Below are positions 51,970 through 64,000 of a stretch of DNA of 64,000 nt, piece after piece. The first letter of the stretch is position 1; each line of letters starts with the position of its first letter. The stretch covers positions 49,538,001-49,602,000 of the forward strand of contig NC_043006.1 in the NCBI RefSeq assembly GCF_006345805.1, given 5' to 3'. The DNA is from Octopus sinensis. Its lineage: Eukaryota. A program made the position numbers and the translations under genes. The notes under the pieces are model-generated. The model saw nothing but the letters and a program-made list of their open reading frames with translations, did no database searches and was not told where the DNA came from.

Positions 51970-52164
51970 ATATATTATATATATATATATACATACACAC
52001 GAGGAATCCGAACACTCAGATATTTATTTTAAATATAGTTTGAATCTGTGAAATTTCAAGTAACCCATATCTAAGTCCAAATACTTTTGCAAAGATGTAA
52101 ACCCTGCAACACATATTGCGTGCTCTTTTCTTTCATATGTACACACACACACACACACACACAC

Positions 52165-52212
<48 letters not shown>

Positions 52213-52981
52213 ACACATATATGTGTGCGTCTTTGTTTGTCTATGTGTGTTTGTATGTATGTATGTGCGTGTTCATCAGAGTCTACTGTTTTGTTGAATA
52301 CACTTTAGAATTTATTTCTGACTCAGTGTGTAGATCAACATTCCACGCCTATACTCGAGCTGCGTTGTACTCATATTGTCCAAGCTAGGATAAGCTGGAG
52401 TGTTATAAACGAGAATCACATCATGTTTGAATAACGACACAACCAAATACTGATATTTTGAGGGAATTTAATACGTACGTTTCAAGTGCTTATGTGACGA
52501 ATTATTACACAAATAATCATCTTCTTCAGTCATTAAAAACAAAATAAATGATAATTTCAAATTTACCCTCATTGAAAGTAGATTATATAAATCATATTTA
52601 AACATAGAAAACTCTATTGAAAGAAACGGGGAAAAAACTAGAACAAGTTAAATATACATAAGGCAAAAGGAAAGATAGTCGGAGAAATATTCCATCCCTT
52701 AAAGAAGGGATGGAATAACTAAATATAATATAATATAAATAAATAAGCAGAGAATAAGCCAAAGCAGGAAAAGAACGAGTAATATACTATACTGCCAAAT
52801 ACAAGACAATTTTTAGGGAAGGAAAATTACTTCTGCCTTTCTCTCTGGAACACGGTAATTTCAAATACAATAAAGTACTTAGGTCATTTCTATGGTCTTA
52901 AGTGGTAAGATCATAAATTGAACTAGAGACAACCATTTGTGCTGTTCAGATATTCTGTTGAATAAAGTTGTGGCCTTGTGC

Positions 52982-53360
<379 letters not shown>

Positions 53361-54254
53361 CACTATCATTGCTACCTTTTTATTGTACGTTCCCCAACTT
53401 TAACACTCCCCAACTTTATTCTGCAGTATAATCCGAATAGTAAGTTTAATTTTAGTTTATTGTACAACTTTACATCTTAATAGCAGAGGCATAGCCCGAT
53501 AAGTACTTTGCATGCCCAAAACATTTTCATATGTTTATCCTAAACGTCCATGCTTGTTTTCAAACTTAGTCCTTTCTTCATAAGTTCTGATGTGATATAA
53601 AGCTTTCCTTTCAGAAGTTCCAAGTTACTCTTGTGGTTGAAAAAATTGGTAATATGTATCATATATAATGCATGGACTAAAGGAAATATGTAAATATGTC
53701 CTGTGTATCATATGTGGTACACAAGAGAAGCAAAGGGTTAAGGACGACATGTCGTCCTTAGAACAATGCAGAAATTCTTTAACTTCTTTAAGAATTGTCT
53801 TTCGCAGTATAATATATTATTCTTTCTTTCCCTTCTGTAGTTGAAATTGATTGACTGTTCATTTATTTATAACTTTATTTATTTTATAATTACGTTATCT
53901 TTACTCCCATCTCCATTGCTAATTTCTATAACTATGCTTTCTTTTGTCTCTTTTCTCTATTACTCCCTTTTATCTATCTCTTTCTGTCTTTTTTAACGTC
54001 TTCTGTGTCTTTATTGAAGGAGACTATTACGTAAAGGGCAAATTTGAAACTACCTGTGCATTTAGTTTGTAATGACTGTAGAGGATAATTATCTTCATAA
54101 CAATTTATTGCATAACCGCTTGAAAGCTACATATTAAATGCACTCAAAATATTAATACACACACATGTATATAAATACTTGTTGAGTGTGTGTGTACATA
54201 AGAACATGATCAACCTATGTAGGATAGAAATGTGCGTGCGTTTGCGTGTATATA

Positions 54255-54347
<93 letters not shown>

Positions 54348-55193
54348 TGCACGTGTATGTGTAAGTTTGTTTTACACTCCGCCCTCCTTAATCACTGTTA
54401 ATGGAGTATAGTTGGCTGCGTTGTTATTCTTGGCTGATTGTCCAGTATTTGTATTAACCAAACGAGAATGACCGTTCAAGTGGATGAATGAGCGAGTGTT
54501 GGCTGCCGGAAACTGGGTTGTTGTCGTATAAGAGCTGCGATCGGCTGGTCGCACCGACGAATCCTTCAAGCGGTCGAACGCCTTCCGAATATGACTGTGT
54601 ACCTTGCGAAGAGAAGATTTAGCACCTGTGAATTATTAATTGATATTTGAATAATGTAAATTATAGTAAAACACACACACACACAAACACTCACACACAC
54701 ATACACACACACATATTATTGTGATAGTTAATTTCCTGATTAAGATTTAATATGATACATTGCTTTCATTGCGACAGCATTTCATTGCACGCTGATTCCT
54801 TGAATTGACATTTTATTGATTCCTAGAGTGAAAAAATTAGAAACGTGCAATAAAGTATCTGATGTTTTCTCGCGAGCAGCTGTTAATTTAGATTATTTTG
54901 TCACACATATTCAGTGACCAGAAGTACTGTATATCTGGCCAAACGATATCTTCTTCAGTCTGTTTATTTTCAGATAGGCCCAACTATTTGACTAGACACA
55001 GTCTGGGGGTTTCTATTTTCTGTTTAAGTACCAATTGTATGTCTATGCTATTCATTATTACATTGACCATAGACAACAAACGAGGAAGCTTCTTTGTGGT
55101 CACCTGGCCTACTAGAAGTAACAGAAAAAAACCTCCTTTAAGTTACATCCTACCGTCTCTCATAGGAAGGCAGCCTTGGACAAAATCATTCTA

Positions 55194-55292
<99 letters not shown>

Positions 55293-55718
55293 TACTACGC
55301 ACACACACATATACATACAAAACACAGTTTGTCGTGGATGGGACACCTTTGATCATAGGTATATATATATATATATATATCGATATATATATTTATATAT
55401 ACATATCTATGTGTGTGTATGTATATATATATGTATATATATATATATATATACATATATATATAGACACACGCACACACACTTACTCGCGCGCATAAAC
55501 ACACACACACACACACACACATACATATATATACAAAGAATTTCAACCGTAATGACATTTGAGTCTATATTTTTAATTTAATTAAATCGGCTTCAGAATT
55601 TCAAGATTTTCGAAATAGTATGAGATTGTTGGGAGCAGGATGTTCATACTTGACAGCCGCAATATCTGTCTAATATATATTTATGTGTGTATGGACGTTA
55701 AGCAGATATAAATAATTA

Positions 55719-55994
55719 TACCTACCTACCTACCTACCTACCTACCTACCTACCTACCTACCTACCTACCTACCTGCCTACCTACCTACCTACCTACCTA
55801 CCTACCTACCTACCTACCTACCTACCTACTACATACCTACATTCCTACCTACCTACCTACCTACCTACCTACCTACCTATTTACCTACCTACCTACCTAC
55901 CTACCTACCTACCTACCTACTACCTACCTACATTCCTACCTACCTACCTACCTACCTACCTACCTACTTACCTACCTTCCTACCTACCTACCTA
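55719..55994. repeat. (TACC)n tetranucleotide array
   Basis: Visible directly; abuts the 5' end of the Tx1-like LINE. Confidence 0.97.
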
Positions 55995-55996
55995 TC

Positions 55997-58936
55997 TGAC
56001 GTTTTGGCGGCGAGGTTGGCCCTCGACCAACACTTCAACGCCAAACACGAAGGATGTGCTGTCAGAGCTAGGATGCGTGCTTTAAGGAACGAAGGTGTTG
56101 GAGCCGCGAGAGAGGCCCGGGTGGCAGAGGCGCAACAGGGCAACAAAGCCACCATTCGGTCCCTGGTAGATGAACAGGGGCGCGAATTGCTCGAGCCAAG
56201 TAAAATGTGTGAGGCCTTTCAGCAGCATTTTGCCCGACTGTTCGGAACGAGTGGAGGGCAAGAACGTAGGGTGGACTTCAGTGCCTACCTACATAGCCTA
56301 CCACGACTCTCGACAAGAAAGGCAGGGTGCTGCGAAGGTGCCATCACGGCGGCGGAAGTGCAGGAAGCGATGGCAGAATGCTCGAGGGACAAATCACCGG
56401 GTTTGGATGGTCTACCCTACGAGCTTTACAATTGTATGCCAGACTTGTTTGGAGATCTCTTGGCGGCGGTGTACTGCAACTGGCAGCAAAACGGGAGCAT
56501 TCCTGGTTTTGTGAGCCGAGGAGCCGTAACACTGCTGAAGAAAGATCTAAACAAGGGAAATGTAATAGATAACTTTAGGCCCATCACTCTGCTTAATGCA
56601 GACTTGAAAATTTTGGCCAAGGTGCTAGCCAAGAGGTTGGCGCTTGTCATCGAGAAACTGGTCGACAAGGCGTAAACATGCGCCGTGCCGGGCCGGACCA
56701 TCCATGAAAACCTTCACCTGATGCGCTACATCATAGACAAGGTAGTTAACGAACCTGGCATGGGTGTGGCGCTGATCAATTTGGATCAATCGAAAGCTTT
56801 CGATAGGGTAGACCATCGATACTTGGAGAAGGTTCTCAGAGCGGCTGGCTTCGGTCCCGTCTTCCGCGGCTGGATAGCCGCTTTGTACAGAGGCATCCGT
56901 TCGGTAATTCGCGTGAATGGACATCTATCGAGACCCTTCGACATCGCACGTTCGGTCCGTCAGGGATGCCCCCTATCGTCGCTTCTATACGTATTGACTC
57001 TCGAGCCATTATTGCGGAAGCTGGCAACTTTGAGGGGCATCCCGCGAGAACTGGGATGCGGGACGAGCGTGTCTGCATACGCGGACGACGTGACCGTCAT
57101 AGTGTCTAGCCAGGAGCACATCGAGCAGGTCGGCGAGACACTGAAAAACTACGAAGCGGTGGGTGACAGGAGCGAAAATCAACCGGGAAAAGTCAGTGGC
57201 TTGCGACTAGGCACCTGGAGAAGCAAGCCCATGCCGTCCACCAGCGCCTCCGTCGTGGACGCTGGACCGACGGCCCAGTTGAGTTGTGGGTGCTGGTTTG
57301 GTCCGAACCTCCAGTGGAAAGTGGAGACGGAGAACTCGGTAAGTGGAGAGAAACTGAGATAACGAGTAGGGTGGTCACTCTCGCCCGGCAATGGGCCGAG
57401 GAGGAAACTGTCCCTAAAAGGTCGAGCGGAGGTGGCGAACACGTACATCGCGTCCGTCATCTACTACCGCCTGACCGTCGTACTTTGTCCCGACCCTACC
57501 ATCACCAAACTACAACGCATTCTCTTTCGCTTCTTGTGGAAAGGATGCGTCCCGATGGTCAGGCGATCCATTTGCTGTCAACACCCGTTAAAAGGAGGAC
57601 TGGGCATGCCGTGGTTGATGATGCGCAGACACACGCTGAGACTGCGACATCTCAGGCTCTTCGTAGACGACGGTGAACAGGTGTGGTCGCCGTTTGTGAG
57701 GCACGCTTTCCCGCAGCTCGTCTCCATGACCGAACTGCAGTCGTGGATAAAAAAAAGGCCGAGGAAGGGCGAATGGCACCGCGAGTGTCGCGTTGCTCTC
57801 AAGCAACTCTGCCGTCCTGGGTCGACCTTGAGTGACTTCAACACAACCAAAGCATTCTATAGGGGATTAGTGGAGGGGAGGTACGACGACGAGCTCGGGG
57901 CCAACCTGGACGTCGACGAGGAGTACCTGACCCGCCTGCTCAGGATGAATTTCGGGCCAGGGCCCATGGATAACTTCCAGAGATCCCTGGCCTGGCAGTG
58001 CTACCGAGAAGCGCTACCCGTTCGGGATAAGCTCTACAGACACGGCTCGAGAAACACGGGGTCAACCTGCCCGAGATGCGGTCAGAGCGACGAAACCGTT
58101 CTGCACGCACTCGTGCAGTGTCCAACAATTTCCGACCTGTGGGCTTATGTCGAACAACTGCTGTCACGTGTGGGACGAGTCGGTTTATCAGCTGAGTCTA
58201 TCGTCAATATTGTCACGCCTCTTTCCTTCAAACGGGAAGGAAGAGCTATTTTCATCATCCTTGTGGCTATGGCGAAAGAATGTATCTGGTGGACGCGTCT
58301 GAAAGGATTGGAGACAAACACTTTCCTCTCTGGTCAATCTCTCATCAACTTCTTCAAGTACCACTTGAAAAGGAAAGTGAGAGTAGAAAGGCAAGTTTTG
58401 TCTAGCGAATGTTTTAAAAAAAGATGGGTGAATGTAGCAAGGATGGCACGTATGAATGACGAAGCCACCTTGAGCATAATCCTATGAACCCAGAAATTGA
58501 AAACAGAGGGTTACCACTTGCAAACAAATGTGGTAACATATAACAATATTGACCAAGGTTACCGTGGTCTTTTTCGGCTTTTCTTCCCACGGATAAACCT
58601 TACTTGCTTTCCCCTTACACCATATATCATAACACTGTGATACACGATCCCTATTGATCGTTTTTATTCCTCTTCCCCTTTTTTTCTTTTTTTCATTTCT
58701 CTTTTCTTTTGTTCCTTTTCCTTTTCTTTCTTTTTTTCTTTTTATTCTTTTTATTTTTTATTTTATTTATTTATTTTTTTTTGTTCTTTTCTTCCCTTTT
58801 ACGATCCCTCTTGATCGAAAACCTACGCCACCTCCTTTTTTTCTTTTGTTTTTTGTTTTTTTCATCCCCCCAAAGAAAAGCTCTACCTTGTAACTTGTCC
58901 CATCTGTGTGCAGACCTGTGTGGCCAATAAAGAGAC

Positions 58937-58937
<1 letters not shown>
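55997..58937 (+). mobile_element. 5'-truncated Tx1/L1-clade LINE (RT, CCHC finger, T-rich 3' UTR)
   Basis: KSPGLDGLPYE, NFRPITLLNAD, LDQSKAFDRV, SVRQGCPLS, AYADD, CPRCGQSDETVLHALVQC; one nonsense codon at 56673 and frameshifts; AATAAA at 58926-58931. Confidence 0.92.
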
Positions 58938-59013
<76 letters not shown>

Positions 59014-59014
59014 A
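58938..59014. repeat. (TATC)n array at the 3' end of the Tx1-like LINE
   Basis: Visible directly. Confidence 0.95.
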
Positions 59015-59385
59015 CAATGAAAAGGTTGACAATGACAATGACTTCGAAGTTTAGGCATGCTCTGATTTATAGAACGTATATGCACATGTATACATACATA
59101 CACGCATACATACATACATACATACATACATACATACATACATACATACATACATACATACATACATACATACATACACGCATATATACATACATACATA
59201 CATACATACATACATAGGTACATACATACATACATACATACATACATACAAGCACATATATATAAATATAAATGCAGAGATTGACATTGAGTGGGTAAGA
59301 GGGCGAGAAGAGAGGAAGAGTCTGCACATACACATATATATGTATATAATTATGTATAACATATATACATGTGTACCTGATATAT

Positions 59386-59438
<53 letters not shown>

Positions 59439-59441
59439 TAA

Positions 59442-60510
59442 CCAAGAAAAAGCAACAAGAATGGATTAGTTGTTCAGTACAATTGTTTCATACGAAGAAC
59501 AGTTTTATTTAAAGCTGCAAATATTGCAGCAAATACAAAAGTCCCGTATTCATCAGCTAAAACACATCAGAGTTTTCCAAACATCTTAGGGAGTGAGGCT
59601 GCCCTCATGAAGTATCGGAGAGAGTTCTATGAAATTCAAAGTTAGATTGTAAGCAGACTTAAAATGTTTTCTAATGATGCACAGTTTTATAAAAAGTTTT
59701 TAAATGATTGTTGACTTCTCAGAGAAGGTGAATCCATCCATAATAATGCAGATGTAATTTCCGGAGATATGAGGAAAGATGTTAATCACAGAGAGGGTGA
59801 ATGTATCCATAATAATGCAGATGTAATTTCCTGAGGTATGAGGAAAAAATGTTGATCACACATCTATTCATTTCACAACTAAGTTGTTGGGAGAAGAGTT
59901 TGGCTATAGTGGCTAAAAAAGTCGCAAAAAAGTCAGTGAAGCAGAAACCGCCCAAATAAGGACATTATGGAAGGAAGGGGGTAAGGGAATAAGAAGGCGT
60001 AATTATACTATAGACAAAGATTAGTTTATTTCTGTGGTGACAGAAAATCTAGGTCGGTGTTGCAGGAATTTAAGATTTATAAGGGAACATTATTTTTGAC
60101 CAGCAAACAGCTTTTAACTGCCACTCCCACAGAGTTCATGGCAAGATAAAGAATATAGAGAATATGAACTCTGTGGGAGTGGCAGTTAATAGCTGTTTGC
60201 TGGTCAAAAATAATGTTCCCTTATAAATCTTAAATTCCTGCAACACCGACCTAGATTTTTATAAAACTGTGCATCATTAGAAAACATTTTAAGTCTGCTT
60301 ACAATCTAACTTTGAATTTCATAGAACTCTCTCCGATACTTCATGAGGGTAGCCTCACTCCCTAAGATGTTTGGAAAACTCAGATGTGTTTTAGCTGATG
60401 AATACGGGACTTTTGTATTTGCTGCAATATTTGCAGCTTTAAATAAAAGTGTTCTTCGTATGAAACAATTGTACTGAACAACTAATCCATTCTTGTTGCT
60501 TTTTTCTTGG
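59442..60510. repeat. Nested inverted-repeat structure A-U-B-spacer-B'-A'
   Basis: A at 59442-59695 and A' at 60256-60510; B at 60044-60139 and B' at 60164-60259; 24-nt spacer. Confidence 0.9.
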
Positions 60511-60628
60511 CTATAATCACCCCACATTATTTTATGGTTTATACCACAAAGATTTCTGGTGCATCTAAGTTAAGCACCGCATTCATTTGAATTCATTGGA
60601 ATTCACTTGAATCTTAATTGTTTTACTG

Positions 60629-60681
<53 letters not shown>

Positions 60682-60769
60682 CAATATATTTGAATATATT
60701 GCACAATGAAATATTATTCTATATATACATATACGCACACATAACTATCATTGTTATTATGATTCTTAA

Positions 60770-61466
60770 TAATAATAATAATAATAATAATAATTTTTCA
60801 TTCATTTGCCTCAAGGTTGAAGGATGAGGGCGATAATACAGAGACAGACATAAAGTGTGGGGGATACATATAATGAAAAAAAAAGTAAGTATACACGGTA
60901 TACACTGAAAAAGAAGGGACAGGCATAGCATAAAAAAGTGAAAAAAACTGTAGGGAAGATGATAGTGATGTGGCCTTCCTGGTACAAGAAGGCCTCTAGG
61001 GGTAATTGACGATCCCCACTGTCAGAGATCTCCCTGAAACTTTTGGAGTAAGTGCCCTCTCTAATTCTTTCTCTCCGATTCCCTAGTCTATTCTTAGAAA
61101 GGTGCCATTTTGGCAACTTTCACCCACCTTTCAATAAACTCGAGGACAACACTTCCCTCCTTCACTCTCAATTTTCTTTTCAAGTGAAACTTGAAGAAGT
61201 CAATGAGAGCTATACCAAAGAGGAATGTATCTGTCCTCATGCCTTTCAGCCTTGTCCACCAAACAACCTCTTTCACCACAGTCACCAGATAAAGGAAAAC
61301 TGCCTTGTCTCCCGATTGAAGGAGGGTGGGGCTGCGATCATCGCTATAGACTCGGCCGACAGACGGATCCGTCCCACACGTGGAAGCAACTGTTCAACAT
61401 AACCCGTTGTCAGCAATGCCCGGTGACTGAACAAGGAGTGCACAACGGTTTCGTCACTCTGCGCGC
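60770..61466 (-). mobile_element. Second Tx1-like LINE 3' fragment with (ATT)n tail
   Basis: VVKEVVWWTRLKG..FFKFHLKRKLRV is homologous to the 58070-58480 region. Confidence 0.8.
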
Positions 61467-61484
61467 ATAATAATATTAATAATA

Positions 61485-61772
61485 AAGAACAGAATCATTT
61501 CTGTTGTTGTAGGCGCCTTGGGAATGATCAAGGTAGGTACTGAAAAATGTTTTGACCAGGTCCATATTCTCAGGAAGTTTCTCTCCATCTCATATATACG
61601 TGCTTTAGTTCTCTGGTTGAGACCTGGTCAGAAGATGAAATGGAATGCACATCAATCGGAAAATCAGCATTGCTTCGAACTGTAAGAATTCTTTGCAGGG
61701 TTCTTGAAGTGGTAAACAAGTGTCACCATAGTCTGCTGGCTATGGACATCTGACACTTTCCATCATACCCAG
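61485..61772 (+). mobile_element. R4/Dong-like LINE 3' end fragments
   Basis: VVVGALGMIK and SALLRTVRILCRVL resemble restriction-like-endonuclease C-termini; the tail matches 21390-21440. Confidence 0.6.
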
Positions 61773-61774
61773 CA

Positions 61775-61952
61775 TTTTCTATTATAGGCACAAGGCCTGA
61801 AATTTGTACTCAACTGGCATTCATTTCATCGCCCACGAAAGGTGGAAAGCAAAGTCAACCTCAGCAGGATTTGAACTCAGAACGTAGCGACGGGCGAAAT
61901 AACGCTAAGCATTTCGTCCAGCGTGCTAACTATTCTGCCAGCTCGCCGCCTT
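61775..61952 (-). mobile_element. SINE (GGCGGCGAGCTGGCAG type)
   Basis: Reverse complement of the 37878-type head and body. Confidence 0.75.
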
Positions 61953-61967
61953 GACGATGATGATGAC

Positions 61968-62001
<34 letters not shown>

Positions 62002-62008
62002 CGAATAA

Positions 62009-62066
<58 letters not shown>

Positions 62067-62173
62067 ACTATAGTCTCATACGGCAATCATGACAATTGGC
62101 TAAAAGCTTAGTATATATACTTACATACATATATACATATACACATATACATGCATATATATATATATATATA

Positions 62174-62223
<50 letters not shown>

Positions 62224-62282
62224 GATATATATGTTTTAATATATACTTATATATGTATGTGTATGCATGTGTGATATATATA

Positions 62283-62313
<31 letters not shown>

Positions 62314-62314
62314 G

Positions 62315-62608
62315 GTGGAGGCGCAATGGCCCAGTGGCTAGGGCAGCGAACTCGCGGTCGTCGGATCGCGTTCGTCGGTACGCGATCGCGGTTGAGCAAA
62401 AACACCTAAAGCTCCACGAGGCTCTGGCAGGGGGTGGTGGCGATCCCTGCTGTATTCTTTCGCCACAACTTTCTCTAACTCTTTCTTCTGTTGGCCTGCT
62501 CGCTTAGCCAGCGAGGTGGCGTCATTTGAAGGCTAAAACAATGCGAAGCGCATTGTGACCAGCGATGTGTAGCAACATCTGATAGCCTGGTCGGTGACGG
62601 TGACGGTG
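62315..62608 (+). mobile_element. tRNA-derived SINE
   Basis: GGCGCAATGGCCCAGTGG head and TTGAGCAAAAACACCT domain. Confidence 0.7.
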
Positions 62609-62626
62609 ATATATATATATAGATAG

Positions 62627-62677
<51 letters not shown>

Positions 62678-63169
62678 CATACATAGATATATATGTATGT
62701 ATGCATCTATGAGTGTGTGCGTGCGTATAACAGGATAAAAATTCACGGCAACACTACAGACTACTTTCAATTAAATATTTAATGGTAAATGAACATATCT
62801 TAATATTTATTAACTCAAAATAGTCTTTATTAATAAAAATACGCAGTTAATAGTATAGAAGACTGAAGCAGTACTCACTTCTCTGTTGAAAAAGCAAAAG
62901 ACAAGCGCAACAAGTCCTCCCTGGAAATAAAAAATCGAGCATTATTTAAGAATTGGACAGTTATCTTTAATATATCATTAGTAATATTCAAAGGTAACAT
63001 ATAAACGTTTAAACTTGAGAGTGGCAACGAGGCTCAATGCAGGAAATCACTGAAATCATCTGTAAATCGTTGAAATTATTTGGAAATCTTTAAAAAATGC
63101 TGAATCCCATCTAAACAGTTTTCAAATTCAAAGTCCTGTCGCAAATTCTTTTATAACCAATATAGGAGA

Positions 63170-63485
63170 ACTCCGTCGGTTACGACGAGGGTCCCAGCTG
63201 ATACGATCAACGGAATAGCTCGCTCATGAAATTAACGTGCAAGTGACTGAGCAATCCACAGACACGCGTACCCCTAACGTAGTTCTCAGGGAGATTCAGC
63301 GTAACTCAGAGTGTGACAAGGCCGGCCCTTTGAAATACAGGTACAACTCATTTTTGCGAGCTGAGTGGACTGGAGCAACGTGAAATAAAGTGTCTTGCTC
63401 AAGGACACAATGCGTCGCCGGGAATCGAAGTCACGACCTTACAATCGTGAGCCGAATGCCCTAACCACTAAGTCACGCGCCTTCA
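63170..63485 (-). mobile_element. tRNA-derived SINE (GGCGC(A/G)TG(G/A)CT type)
   Basis: Minus-strand head, GTGTCCTTGAGCAAGACACTT domain and body shared with 25623-25873. Confidence 0.82.
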
Positions 63486-64000
63486 CAATATAATACCATA
63501 GTTAATATACAAAATGTTTTACATGGACACAATACTCGAGAGAATCTCATAACTTCTTTCTACCTACAACAATTAGAAGCCAAATCACAGCCTTGCTATC
63601 TTAAGTAAATATGGGATATGTTAATGTTACCGTAAATAAACTGTATGAGAAAATGGGTAAATCATAATGAGGCTGACACGTGTTTGATCGTAGGTCTATT
63701 CAATTAGAGCTCATCTGAATGTAAATAACAATAACAACTGCAGAACTATGTGTTACCCCTAACTGACGGTCGCTTAAGAAACTGGTGTATATTTCGTTAA
63801 TGTTCCACTCAGAATATAAGCGGCACAAGTGAAGTAAATAGATATCAATCAAGAAGCGAAAATTGCATTAAAGGTGAAATTATAATGAACTTGGTGGGAC
63901 AAAATGAATAAAATAAAATAAATAAAATGGAAGTAAAAACAAGACCGTAAAATATAATAAAAAATAATGATTTTTCAAAACGAAAACGAAAAGACTCATT

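Noticed and set aside
55719-55994. (CCTA)n as an interstitial telomere
   Set aside because: The unit is a tetramer, not the TTAGGG or TTAGG telomeric repeat.

Overview
This is AT-rich, repeat-dense eukaryotic genomic DNA. The SINE types, (TA)n/(CA)n load and Penelope-type remnants suggest an octopus-like cephalopod, but that is inference only. There is one 100-N scaffold gap (909-1008). Most ORFs in the supplied track are microsatellite translations or transposon relics: two CR1-clade LINEs, two or three Tx1-like LINE pieces, RTE and R4/Dong fragments, a Chapaev3-like transposon with CAC..GTG ends and a TAA target duplication, mariner/pogo relics, non-autonomous Helitrons and many tRNA-derived SINEs. 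The only host genes I can support are missed by the ORF track because they are spliced. They form a same-strand cluster of small secreted-peptide genes. P1 (14736-16345, 78 aa) and P2 (33795-35055, 59 aa) each have a TATA box, a non-coding exon 1, a near-identical signal-peptide exon and a highly divergent Ala-rich mature-peptide exon beginning YNC. A third, diverged signal-peptide exon lies at 20950. Several minimal hammerhead-ribozyme motifs occur in inverted Penelope-like arrangements (10.9-11.3 kb and 42.5-43.0 kb). No databases were searched, so family names come from recognised motifs and novelty is untested.
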